Origin: Candidatus Multivoradales bacterium
GTDB lineage: Bacteria > Acidobacteriota > Thermoanaerobaculia > Multivoradales > JAHEKO01
Assembly: GCA_965248055.1 (NCBI GenBank)
Contig: CBDFIJ010000004.1
Location: forward strand, 2,823,908-2,887,907
Reading direction: 5' to 3'
DNA length: 64,000 nt
A program made the translations under genes and the position numbers. The notes under the pieces are model-generated. The model ran no database searches, had not been told where the DNA came from, and saw only the letters and a program-made list of their open reading frames with translations. Position 1 is the first letter of the stretch. Each line of letters opens with the position of its first letter. This document shows positions 36,792 to 44,450 of this stretch, in pieces.

Positions 36792-37571
36792 ATGCGTGCA
36801 CCTGCAACTCATTGGATTCTTAGCGTTACTTTATTGACTCTGTCCGCCAGCGGCTTGGCGGCTCAGACGGGATTTCGCCTTGATTCAACCTGGATTTTGG
36901 AAATTAATGGTTCCTCCTCCGAGGCCGAGATCTACCGCGCTCCGTCTCCCGCAGCGATGCTGGTGATGAGCGAACAATTGCCGGAACCGGTGATGTTGCT
37001 GCTGGGTGCTGGCTCGGTCAACGGCGTACAACTGATGAAGGTAGCGCGTCAGGCTGATGGCTCGATCAACGTTCTCGCCAATCCGTTCAGTCGCTCGTTT
37101 GGTAGCTATCAAGTCGAGGGCTCTGGCGTGACCTTTTCCGTGGACGACCGCCGGGTGGCGATCGTTCCTAAACCTCCCTTGACCGGGTTCCACGGAAACC
37201 AAGACCTAGTGGATCACGATAGCGGCTACGGCGAGCGTAAGCAGGCCTATTCTCCGGCCGCCACTCCATTGGCTCAGTTGGCTGGTCAGTCGGCTGCCAC
37301 GGTTCGCGTTTTTTTCGGCTCCTGGTGCCCCGCTTGTTCTCAGATCGTGCCGCGAATCTTGGCGGTTGAGGAGGCGCTCGGGGACTCTGCGGTCAAGTTT
37401 GAATACTACGGATTGCCTCGGGGGTTTGGCGACGATGCCGAGGCCAAGCGCTTTGGGGTTAACAGTGTGCCCACTGCCGTGGTCTTACGCGACGGCCAGC
37501 CGGTTGCAACTGTTCAAGGAACCGAGTTGAGCCAGCCTGAAGCTGCTCTGTTGCAGGCTCTCGAAGGCTAG
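36792..37571 (+). CDS. Secreted protein with a C-terminal thioredoxin-fold domain (WCPAC)
   Basis: Signal peptide HWILSVTLLTLSASGLAAQ. VRVFFGSWCPACSQIVP...VPTAVVLRDGQPV is a thioredoxin-like CxxC motif with the cis-Pro region. Confidence 0.7.
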   Translation: MRAPATHWILSVTLLTLSASGLAAQTGFRLDSTWILEINGSSSEAEIYRAPSPAAMLVMSEQLPEPVMLLLGAGSVNGVQLMKVARQADGSINVLANPFSRSFGSYQVEGSGVTFSVDDRRVAIVPKPPLTGFHGNQDLVDHDSGYGERKQAYSPAATPLAQLAGQSAATVRVFFGSWCPACSQIVPRILAVEEALGDSAVKFEYYGLPRGFGDDAEAKRFGVNSVPTAVVLRDGQPVATVQGTELSQPEAALLQALEG

Positions 37572-37611
37572 CCAAGGAGGCGCTTCCTGTCGCCGACTCC
37601 TTCAGCCGGGG

Positions 37612-39063
37612 CTACGGTCGGTGTTTTTGCGCTTGCTGGGCTGCTGACCAACCGGAGGTTCCGTTGAGCCCGACACCGGGATGAACCCCCGGACCACAGA
37701 GAAAAAGTCCCGGAATCGGAGTGGCAGTTCCCCGACAGTGAAGGTCGGGTCTGAGAAACAGCAATTGGTCGAGTGCCCACTCGCCGTGCTCCAAATGGCC
37801 GCCCGGCAGCGAGAATTGCTGCGCCAGAGCGTCTGGATTGAGCGCCGTGATAGCGGCTACCTGCTGGCTCGCTCCGTTCCACAGCGTTTCCACTCCCTCC
37901 AAAGCGATTCGTTCCAGTCGCTGGCGCGGTGTTGAGGCCGCACAGGTTGCAACATGCACCAGCGCCACCACGCCGGATTCGCCCTGGGACGGATGGTTCA
38001 CTTCGGGGAAACTGATTTCCAACGGGGGCCGCTCGACGGTCGATCCAACCTTGAATCCATCCGCAGCCTTTTCCAGATGGGCCAGAGAGTCCCAGTTGAC
38101 TTGGTAAATGGTGCCTGACGAAGCCAGTAGCGGCGGTGGTTGATGATCGAGGGCGATCATCACCACGCCAACCGCGCCGCGGCTGCGATATACCCGCAGA
38201 GAATCGTTGAAAGTGACCGCCAGGGCCGTCTGCTCGCAAAGATCGAGCAAGGTTCGTTGCGGTGCTAGTGCGCTGACCACCGCTTGTGCGGCATACGACT
38301 TTCCGGATGCTAGTTCTACGGACAATCCCGATGACTCTCGATGGATCGCCTGAATCGGTGTGCCGAATTCGATCGCTACCCCTCGGTCTTGAGCTTGTTG
38401 TTCCAGTTGGCGCATCAACTGGGGCAATCCCTGCGCGGCACGGGATCCAGCAGCCCCAGCCCGAAGTAGTGTATTGAAACCGGTTCCCGCGGCGGAAGGG
38501 CCGGTCACCGTGCTTTCCAGCGCTGGCCTCGCCAGACAAGCGGCGTCCGGTCCGTCGGCGATAAATTCGGTGATCCAATCTGCCACCGAAAGCGACCCCG
38601 CGCGCATTACTTTACGCAGTTTCTTGGCCCCCAACAGCCGAGTGGACCAGCCGGCGGTGAGCGCTGCTCGCCAGTCGTCGCGAGGGTCGAGCGGCGGGGA
38701 GGGTCGTTGGACGATGCGCTGTGCCCAGCCGGTCAGGCTGGCGATCTCGGCACTCCAGGCGGGCCCGCCGCTGGTCTGAATTGGGAGGGTCAGGTCACCT
38801 TCTGCTGTCGGTCGACGCCAGTCGGGCGCTGGTGCCAACGCGGTTGCCGGGATCTCCAAACGCCGCAGTAGGTCGCCGCGCAGGCGCCCGCGGTCGAGCA
38901 TCGGAGAAGCGCGGTAGCCAGGGGCAATTTCCACCGCCGCAGAAAGTCCACCAACAGTCTCCGACTCCTCGATCAAGGTGACCTGGGTGCCCCGCTTGGC
39001 CAACGCCAGAGCGGCGACCATGCCATCTAGCTCCGAGCCCAGCACTACAACGCTGTGACTCAT
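37612..39063 (-). CDS. FAD/NAD(P)-dependent oxidoreductase, phytoene-desaturase (CrtI) superfamily
   Basis: Start chosen at MSHSVVVLGSELDGMVAALALAKRGTQVTLIEESETVGG (dinucleotide-binding fold), which gives an ATGA overlap with the upstream stop at 39060. C-terminal GLFLCGPGVHPG. Confidence 0.75.
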   Translation of the reverse strand: MSHSVVVLGSELDGMVAALALAKRGTQVTLIEESETVGGLSAAVEIAPGYRASPMLDRGRLRGDLLRRLEIPATALAPAPDWRRPTAEGDLTLPIQTSGGPAWSAEIASLTGWAQRIVQRPSPPLDPRDDWRAALTAGWSTRLLGAKKLRKVMRAGSLSVADWITEFIADGPDAACLARPALESTVTGPSAAGTGFNTLLRAGAAGSRAAQGLPQLMRQLEQQAQDRGVAIEFGTPIQAIHRESSGLSVELASGKSYAAQAVVSALAPQRTLLDLCEQTALAVTFNDSLRVYRSRGAVGVVMIALDHQPPPLLASSGTIYQVNWDSLAHLEKAADGFKVGSTVERPPLEISFPEVNHPSQGESGVVALVHVATCAASTPRQRLERIALEGVETLWNGASQQVAAITALNPDALAQQFSLPGGHLEHGEWALDQLLFLRPDLHCRGTATPIPGLFLCGPGVHPGVGLNGTSGWSAAQQAQKHRP

Positions 39064-40697
39064 GGTCGCTTCGCCTTCAACAGACTCAAAGCGCAGAGGG
39101 CACCCGGTGCGCCCATGATGCCGCCGCCAGGGTGGGTTCCAGAACCGCACATCCACAGTTTGCGGATCGGCGATTGGTAGCGTGACCACCCGGCGACCGG
39201 CCGTTGAAACGCGAGCTGCTCCAAGGACAACTCACCGTGGAAGATGTTGCCTTCGGTGAGACCGTAGATCTGCTCCATGTCCCAGGGGCTCAGCACCTGG
39301 CGATGCAAGATCAGAGACTTAAAGTTGGGCATGTATTCGCTGAGAGTGTCGATCACCGCGTCGCCGAAGGCGTCGCGATGTTGGGGCCAAGACTCAGGCC
39401 CATCAGCCAAGTGATACGGTGCATATTGAACGAAAATCGACATCACGTGTTTGCCCGGCGGCGCCACGCCGGGATCGGTTAAAGAGGGAATGACGATGTC
39501 CATGAACGGACGTTTGGAAAAGCGACCTCGCTTGGCGTCGTCGTAGGCGTTTTCCAAATACTCTAGGCTGGGGGCGATAGTGATGTCGCCTCGCAGGTGC
39601 CGACCTTGACCAGGCAAGCAAGCGAACTCGGGAAGGCCGTTGAGTGCCAAGTTGACCTTGCCCGAACTTCCGCGCAGTTTGTAGCGTCGTAGCCCGGTGG
39701 CAAACTCCTCGGGAAGGTGTTTTTCACCCACCATGCCAAAGAATGTCCGGCGCGGCTCGGCACCCGAGATCACGTGTTTGGCACTAATATCATCTCCGTT
39801 CTCCAAGACCACGCCAGTCGCCGAACGACCGCGAATGCGAATGCGCTCGACCGGTGCGTCGACCAAGATTTCCGCGCCGTGGGCCTGTGCCGATAGCGCG
39901 ATCGCGTCCGCTACCGAACCGGTTCCGCCGCGCGGAATACCCCAGGCGCGGTAGGCGCCATCAATGTCGCCCATGTAGTGGTGTAGCAAGACGTAGGCAG
40001 TGCCGGGTGAGCGCACGCCGAGGAAAGTGCCGATGATGCCGGAGACCGACATCGGGGCGATCAGATGCTCGTCTTCAAAGTAACGTTCGAGAAAGTCGAC
40101 CGCGCTCATGGTTGAGATCCGGTAGAGCGTCTCACTTGCGTCGCCCAGACCTCGGCCCAGTTTGAGCATGCGACCCAGATCTTGCAGCGTTGGCGAGATT
40201 GGGTCGGGCACCGGCTCGTCGATCAGAGAACGAATGCGCCGACCTAGTTCGCTCATCTCTCGCCCGAACTTGGGATATGCGTCGGCGTCTGTGGGCGAAA
40301 ACTGAGCGATCGCCCGGCGCGTGCGGTGCGGGTCGGCGTCGCGCAACAGATAGCGTCCATCGGGAAACGGAGTGAAGGTCTCATCGAGTGGAAATACTCG
40401 ATAGCCGAAGCTCGGCAAATCCAGATGGCGGACGATCCACGGTCGCATTAGGCTGACCACGTAGGAGCACGCCGAGTAGGTAAAGCCGGGGTGAGTCTGC
40501 TCGCTGGTGGTGACGCCACCAATTTGCGATCGCTGTTCGACAACTAATACTTTGCGCCCCGCCTTGGCCAGAAAGCCGGCGCAGACCAGGCCGTTGTGCC
40601 CCGCGCCGACGATGATCGCGTCGTAGTGGCTGCGCGTTGGCTTGCCGGAAGCAAACTGAGGCCGCCCTGCCATCATGGTGCCGTTGAGCTTGGTCAT
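39060..40697 (-). CDS. FAD/NAD(P)-dependent oxidoreductase, phytoene-desaturase (CrtI) superfamily; paralog of the downstream gene
   Basis: YDAIIVGAGHNGLVCAGFLAKAGRKVLVVEQRSQIGG and C-terminal LWMCGSGTHPGGGIMG. 4-nt overlap with the gcvT-like stop. Confidence 0.8.
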   Translation of the reverse strand: MTKLNGTMMAGRPQFASGKPTRSHYDAIIVGAGHNGLVCAGFLAKAGRKVLVVEQRSQIGGVTTSEQTHPGFTYSACSYVVSLMRPWIVRHLDLPSFGYRVFPLDETFTPFPDGRYLLRDADPHRTRRAIAQFSPTDADAYPKFGREMSELGRRIRSLIDEPVPDPISPTLQDLGRMLKLGRGLGDASETLYRISTMSAVDFLERYFEDEHLIAPMSVSGIIGTFLGVRSPGTAYVLLHHYMGDIDGAYRAWGIPRGGTGSVADAIALSAQAHGAEILVDAPVERIRIRGRSATGVVLENGDDISAKHVISGAEPRRTFFGMVGEKHLPEEFATGLRRYKLRGSSGKVNLALNGLPEFACLPGQGRHLRGDITIAPSLEYLENAYDDAKRGRFSKRPFMDIVIPSLTDPGVAPPGKHVMSIFVQYAPYHLADGPESWPQHRDAFGDAVIDTLSEYMPNFKSLILHRQVLSPWDMEQIYGLTEGNIFHGELSLEQLAFQRPVAGWSRYQSPIRKLWMCGSGTHPGGGIMGAPGALCALSLLKAKRP

Positions 40698-41953
40698 TTA
40701 CGTTTCCAGGGTGGGTTGTAAAACGGCAGCGGGCTGACGGTCGCTGGCACTTGGCGACGATCGTAATCCACCGTGTGTTCTACCTGAAGCTCAGAGCCGA
40801 CCTCGGCGTAGGACGGCTCGACCGACGCCAGCGCCAGCGCTTTCTTGAGCACCGGAGACCAGGTATGGCTGGTCACTTGGCCCACCTGTCTACCCGAATG
40901 GGCATAGACCGGTAAGGCCTCTCGGGAGGCTGATCCCGGCAAATGCGGTGGCAGGTCGTATTCGCCGTAGAGCTTGGTGATCGCGGCGAAGTCCAATTCC
41001 AGGCCCACCAGTTGAAGACGGGGAGTTCGCCGCGCTTGGAGCAATGCTGTGCGGCCGACAAAGTCTTCGCGGTCGAGGTGAGTCATCCAATCCCACCCCA
41101 GTTCAAACGGAGTTGAACGCTGCGCGACGCGCACCTCCTCATGGGCGCCGCGGTAGTCGATTCCATGCAGCAGATAGCCGGCCTCGATGCGGCTGATGTC
41201 GAGCGCGTCGAGGCCAACCGGTTGCAGGCCATGGCGTTCGCCGACTTCCATCAGTCGATCCCACAGTGGCAGGGCGTAGTTGACGTCGACCCAGATCTCG
41301 TAGCCCAAGTCACCGCTGTAGCCCGTGCGGGTAACCCAACCGGCGATCCCTTGGGGGCTTGTCGGCGGCTCCCAGGAAAATGATTGGGCAGCGAAGTACT
41401 TGAGCTGACTCAACGGTTTGCCCAACGCTTCACTGACCACCGCCTGCGAGCGCGGACCTTGGATCGCCAGCACCGCGAGGTCGTCGCTCTGGTCACGAAC
41501 TTCCACCGCACCACCGGTCGCCAACTTGCGCAGCCAGTCGAGGGCTGGCTCGGCGGCGGTGATGCGAAATTGCTTCTTTGCCAAACGGGTGATGGTGCCG
41601 TCATCGATCACCATCCCCTGATCGTCGCACCAGCAGCAGTAGGCAACCCTCCCGACGCGCAGCTTGCTGATGTCGCGCACCACCATGCGATTGAGTACCG
41701 CCCCCGCGTCTGGTCCGGAAAGATGGTATTTATAGAGTGGTGAAACGTCGATCAACCCCGCCGATTGGCGCAAGGCGAAGTACTCACGCTCAACATTGAC
41801 ATCGTAAGCACAAGCCGCGATCCGTCCCGCCCAATCCTTGAATCGATAGGTTTCGCACAAGGGAAAAGTGCGCTCGTGGAAAGGGCTGGGGATGGGCATG
41901 AATGAAATGGGACTAGTTGGTCCGGCAACTAGCGACCTCGGCGAATTTAGCAT
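40694..41953 (-). CDS. Aminomethyltransferase-family protein (GcvT/DmdA-like, folate-binding)
   Basis: EYFALRQSAGLIDVSPLYKYHLSGPDAGAVLNRMVVRDISKLRVGRVAYCCWCDDQGMVIDDGTI and TGYSGDLGYEIW are GCV_T motifs. An alternative ATG lies at 41899. Confidence 0.8.
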   Translation of the reverse strand: MLNSPRSLVAGPTSPISFMPIPSPFHERTFPLCETYRFKDWAGRIAACAYDVNVEREYFALRQSAGLIDVSPLYKYHLSGPDAGAVLNRMVVRDISKLRVGRVAYCCWCDDQGMVIDDGTITRLAKKQFRITAAEPALDWLRKLATGGAVEVRDQSDDLAVLAIQGPRSQAVVSEALGKPLSQLKYFAAQSFSWEPPTSPQGIAGWVTRTGYSGDLGYEIWVDVNYALPLWDRLMEVGERHGLQPVGLDALDISRIEAGYLLHGIDYRGAHEEVRVAQRSTPFELGWDWMTHLDREDFVGRTALLQARRTPRLQLVGLELDFAAITKLYGEYDLPPHLPGSASREALPVYAHSGRQVGQVTSHTWSPVLKKALALASVEPSYAEVGSELQVEHTVDYDRRQVPATVSPLPFYNPPWKRK

Positions 41954-41994
41954 GCGTTTTTTGCGCCCGCCGCCCGGTGACAGTCGGCACCAAC

Positions 41995-43043
41995 GTCATC
42001 CCAGCGAAGAGCCTCTTCCTTATGTCATTCCGGCGGAGAACCTCCCCCCAGGTCATCCCAGCCAAGAAGTCTCTTCCAATGTCATCCCGGCGGGGGGAGG
42101 GAGGGGGGCCGGGATCTAGTGGCGTCAAGATACCGGCCTTGAGTCTCCGGCGCTGTTGCAGATCCCCGACCCCCAAACCCCCGCCCTACGGGAATGACGA
42201 CCGATAGGACCTTCCTCCGGTCATCCCGGCGGGGGAGCTTCCCCCCCTATGTCATCCCGGCGGGGGGAGGGAGGGGAGCCGGGATCTCGTGGCGTCAAGA
42301 TACCGGCCTTGAGTCTCTGGCGCTGTTGCAGATCCCCGACCCCCAAACCCCCGCCCTACGGGAATGACGACCGATAGGACCTTCCTCCGGTCATCCCAGC
42401 GGGGGAGCTTCCCCCCCTATGTCATCCCGGCGGGGGAAGGGAGGGGGGCCGGGATCTCGTGGCGTCAAGATACCGGCCTTGAGTCTCTGGCGCTGTTGCA
42501 GATCCCCGACCCCCAAACCCCCACCCTGCGAGGATGACGAGGAAGCGTCCGAGGGAGATGACGCTATGAAGTGCCTCAGACGGCATGACCATCGTAGGGA
42601 CTCCCCCAAAGTCATCCCGGCGGAGAACCTCCCCCCAGGTCATCCCAGCCAAGAAGTCTCTTCCAATGTCATCCCGGCGGGGGAAGGGAGGGGGGCCGGG
42701 ATCTCGTGGCGCCAAGATACCGGCCTTGAGTCTCTGGCGCTGTTGCAGATCCTCGACCCCCAAACCCCCGCCCTACGGGAATGACGACCGATAGGACCTT
42801 CCTCCGGTCATCCCGGCGGGGGAGCTTCCCCCCTATGTCATCCCGGCGGGGGAAGGGAGGGGGGCCGGGATCTCGTGGCGTCAAGATACCGGCCTTGAGT
42901 CTCTGGCGCTGTTGCAGATCCCCGACCCCCAAACCCCCACCCTGCGAGGATGACGACCGATAGGACCTTCCTCCGGTCATCCCGGCGGGGGAGCTTCCCC
43001 CCTATGTCATCCCGGCGGGGGATAGGGAGGGGGGCCGGGATCT
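41995..43043. repeat. Hierarchical tandem repeat array: three ~29-nt solo ends, then six ~170-bp units (last truncated), each holding a ~118-nt imperfect palindrome
   Basis: Units begin at 42081, 42251, 42421, 42668, 42837 and 43006, and are near-identical by eye. The GTCATCCCGGCGG motif recurs, and its reverse complement closes each palindrome. Details in findings. Confidence 0.95.
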
Positions 43044-43091
43044 GTCCGGGGCCACCCTGACTCTCGCTGATCACTGGTCCCCAACCCGCGG

Positions 43092-44420
43092 TTACCTTTT
43101 TCCGATGCCGAGTTGCTCAACCACCCAGGCGAAATCCGGCGCATGCATCGCGCCGGGCGTAGCCAGCCGAGCAATGCCCAATTCTTTGGCTACTGCTTGT
43201 ATTTCAGATGCGACCACAAGACTTGTTGTCTCACTGCCGCTGACGTTACTGCCAGGCAGGTCGGGGCCCGCTACCACGGAACCCACTAATTCAGGGCCAG
43301 CGACCGCCAGGCTCTGGATCTGACCCGCAACCGGTCGTAGCCGCTCAACTAGGCCTCCGACCCCAACTCCTCCGTGGACCCGCACGCATCGGCCTCCTGG
43401 AGACTCCTCGACCGCTTGATCTGGCGCGGCAGCGACCACCAAGCCTGTGGCTAGGGGTTGGTCGGAAACCGCTAGCCCTGCCGCTACCGCCGCGTCGCGA
43501 ATTTGCCGCAGGGCGCCGAGTGTGGCTGCGCTGGCTGAAGGAGGAAGCTGGTCCGTTACTCGAGCCAAAGCACGCCCCAGGCTATGAACGATTGGTTCCG
43601 CCGGCCCCCAGGTGAGCACGGCATGGGGACACAAGCATCCCCGCTGGTCGAATCGAGCAATGTCCAGCGCGATGGCGTCGAGAATCGCCTCATCGACTGC
43701 GGACTCCCCCAGGTAGACCAGCGACCAGCCATGCCCCTGACCGGAGACTGCGATGCCGGGCTCAGCTCCAGGCTGAAGCTGGTTGCTGAATTGCTCGTTG
43801 AATTGCTCGTTGAATTGGGCGACGGTGGCGTCCTCGCCATAAACAATTACCCGGTCGAAGTCGATTGCGTTGATGGTGTCAGAGGAGAGATCGATCTCGT
43901 CCAAGATCGCGATCGCGTTTGTCAGCGCCGGGTCCAGCCGACACAGCACTTCCACCAGAAGGCGGGCGGTATGCGGCTCCCTGCGTGAGGGCTTGAGGAT
44001 GACGGCGGAACCGTAAGCCAGGAGTGGCAGCAACGACTGGGCGGCGAGCCCGGGGACGCTGGCCGCCAGGACTACGAGGGTCACTGGCCGCGGGGATGCC
44101 GAGTTGCTGTCGCGGTCAGGACTCATCTCCGGTAGAGCACTCTCGGTCAGCGAACTCGCGGTCAGTCCAAACAGCAGGGTGGTGACGCTGTTGAGGACCG
44201 TCGCCGGATGCATCGCGACGCTGGCGGAGATCACCTCTAGGTTTTTCTCAATCGCCATTTGGTAGGCCGGGCAGGCTCGTTGCCACAACCGGCGCCACTC
44301 TTGGATCGTATGCTGGCCGGCTATCGGGCCAGCATTGCGTCGTAGTCGTTGGACGATCTGGCGCAACGATACCGACTCGTTGGAAGCAGAAGGGGCTGAC
44401 TCTCTGGCTGGAGGGGGCAC
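43092..44420 (-). CDS. LuxC-like acyl-CoA (acyl-protein) reductase, aldehyde-dehydrogenase superfamily
   Basis: VILKPSRREPHTARLLVEVL and FDQRGCLCPHAVL (catalytic Cys context), plus adjacency to a LuxE-like gene. Family assignment is by motif only. Confidence 0.6.
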   Translation of the reverse strand: MPPPARESAPSASNESVSLRQIVQRLRRNAGPIAGQHTIQEWRRLWQRACPAYQMAIEKNLEVISASVAMHPATVLNSVTTLLFGLTASSLTESALPEMSPDRDSNSASPRPVTLVVLAASVPGLAAQSLLPLLAYGSAVILKPSRREPHTARLLVEVLCRLDPALTNAIAILDEIDLSSDTINAIDFDRVIVYGEDATVAQFNEQFNEQFSNQLQPGAEPGIAVSGQGHGWSLVYLGESAVDEAILDAIALDIARFDQRGCLCPHAVLTWGPAEPIVHSLGRALARVTDQLPPSASAATLGALRQIRDAAVAAGLAVSDQPLATGLVVAAAPDQAVEESPGGRCVRVHGGVGVGGLVERLRPVAGQIQSLAVAGPELVGSVVAGPDLPGSNVSGSETTSLVVASEIQAVAKELGIARLATPGAMHAPDFAWVVEQLGIGKR

Positions 44421-44450
44421 CGGAATGCTACTGGAAAGGCAACCTGTGGC

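Noticed and set aside
37568-38578. 336-aa minus-strand ORF overlapping the 37612..39063 flavoenzyme gene, and similar long shadow ORFs (9123..10334 +, 25643..26320 -, 26465..27337 -, 53393..54340 +, 33200..33724 -, 34271..34807 -)
   Set aside because: These are Arg/Pro/Gly/Ser-rich translations in alternative frames or antisense to genes with clear family motifs. They are typical high-GC shadow ORFs.
41995-43043. Could the repeat array be a CRISPR array?
   Set aside because: The whole ~170-bp period is repeated nearly identically, so there are no unique spacers. The short ~29-nt sub-repeats are directly abutted or separated by the same sequence each time. No cas genes are nearby.
42391-43074. 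ORFs of 60-121 aa on both strands across the array (e.g. 42419..42784 +, 42669..42980 -) with repeated peptides such as SSRRGKGGGPGSRGVKIPALSLWRCC
   Set aside because: They are open on both strands only because the DNA repeat lacks stops. Their composition is Pro/Gly/Arg-rich noise, with no start context. Such pseudo-ORFs are typical of REP-like elements.
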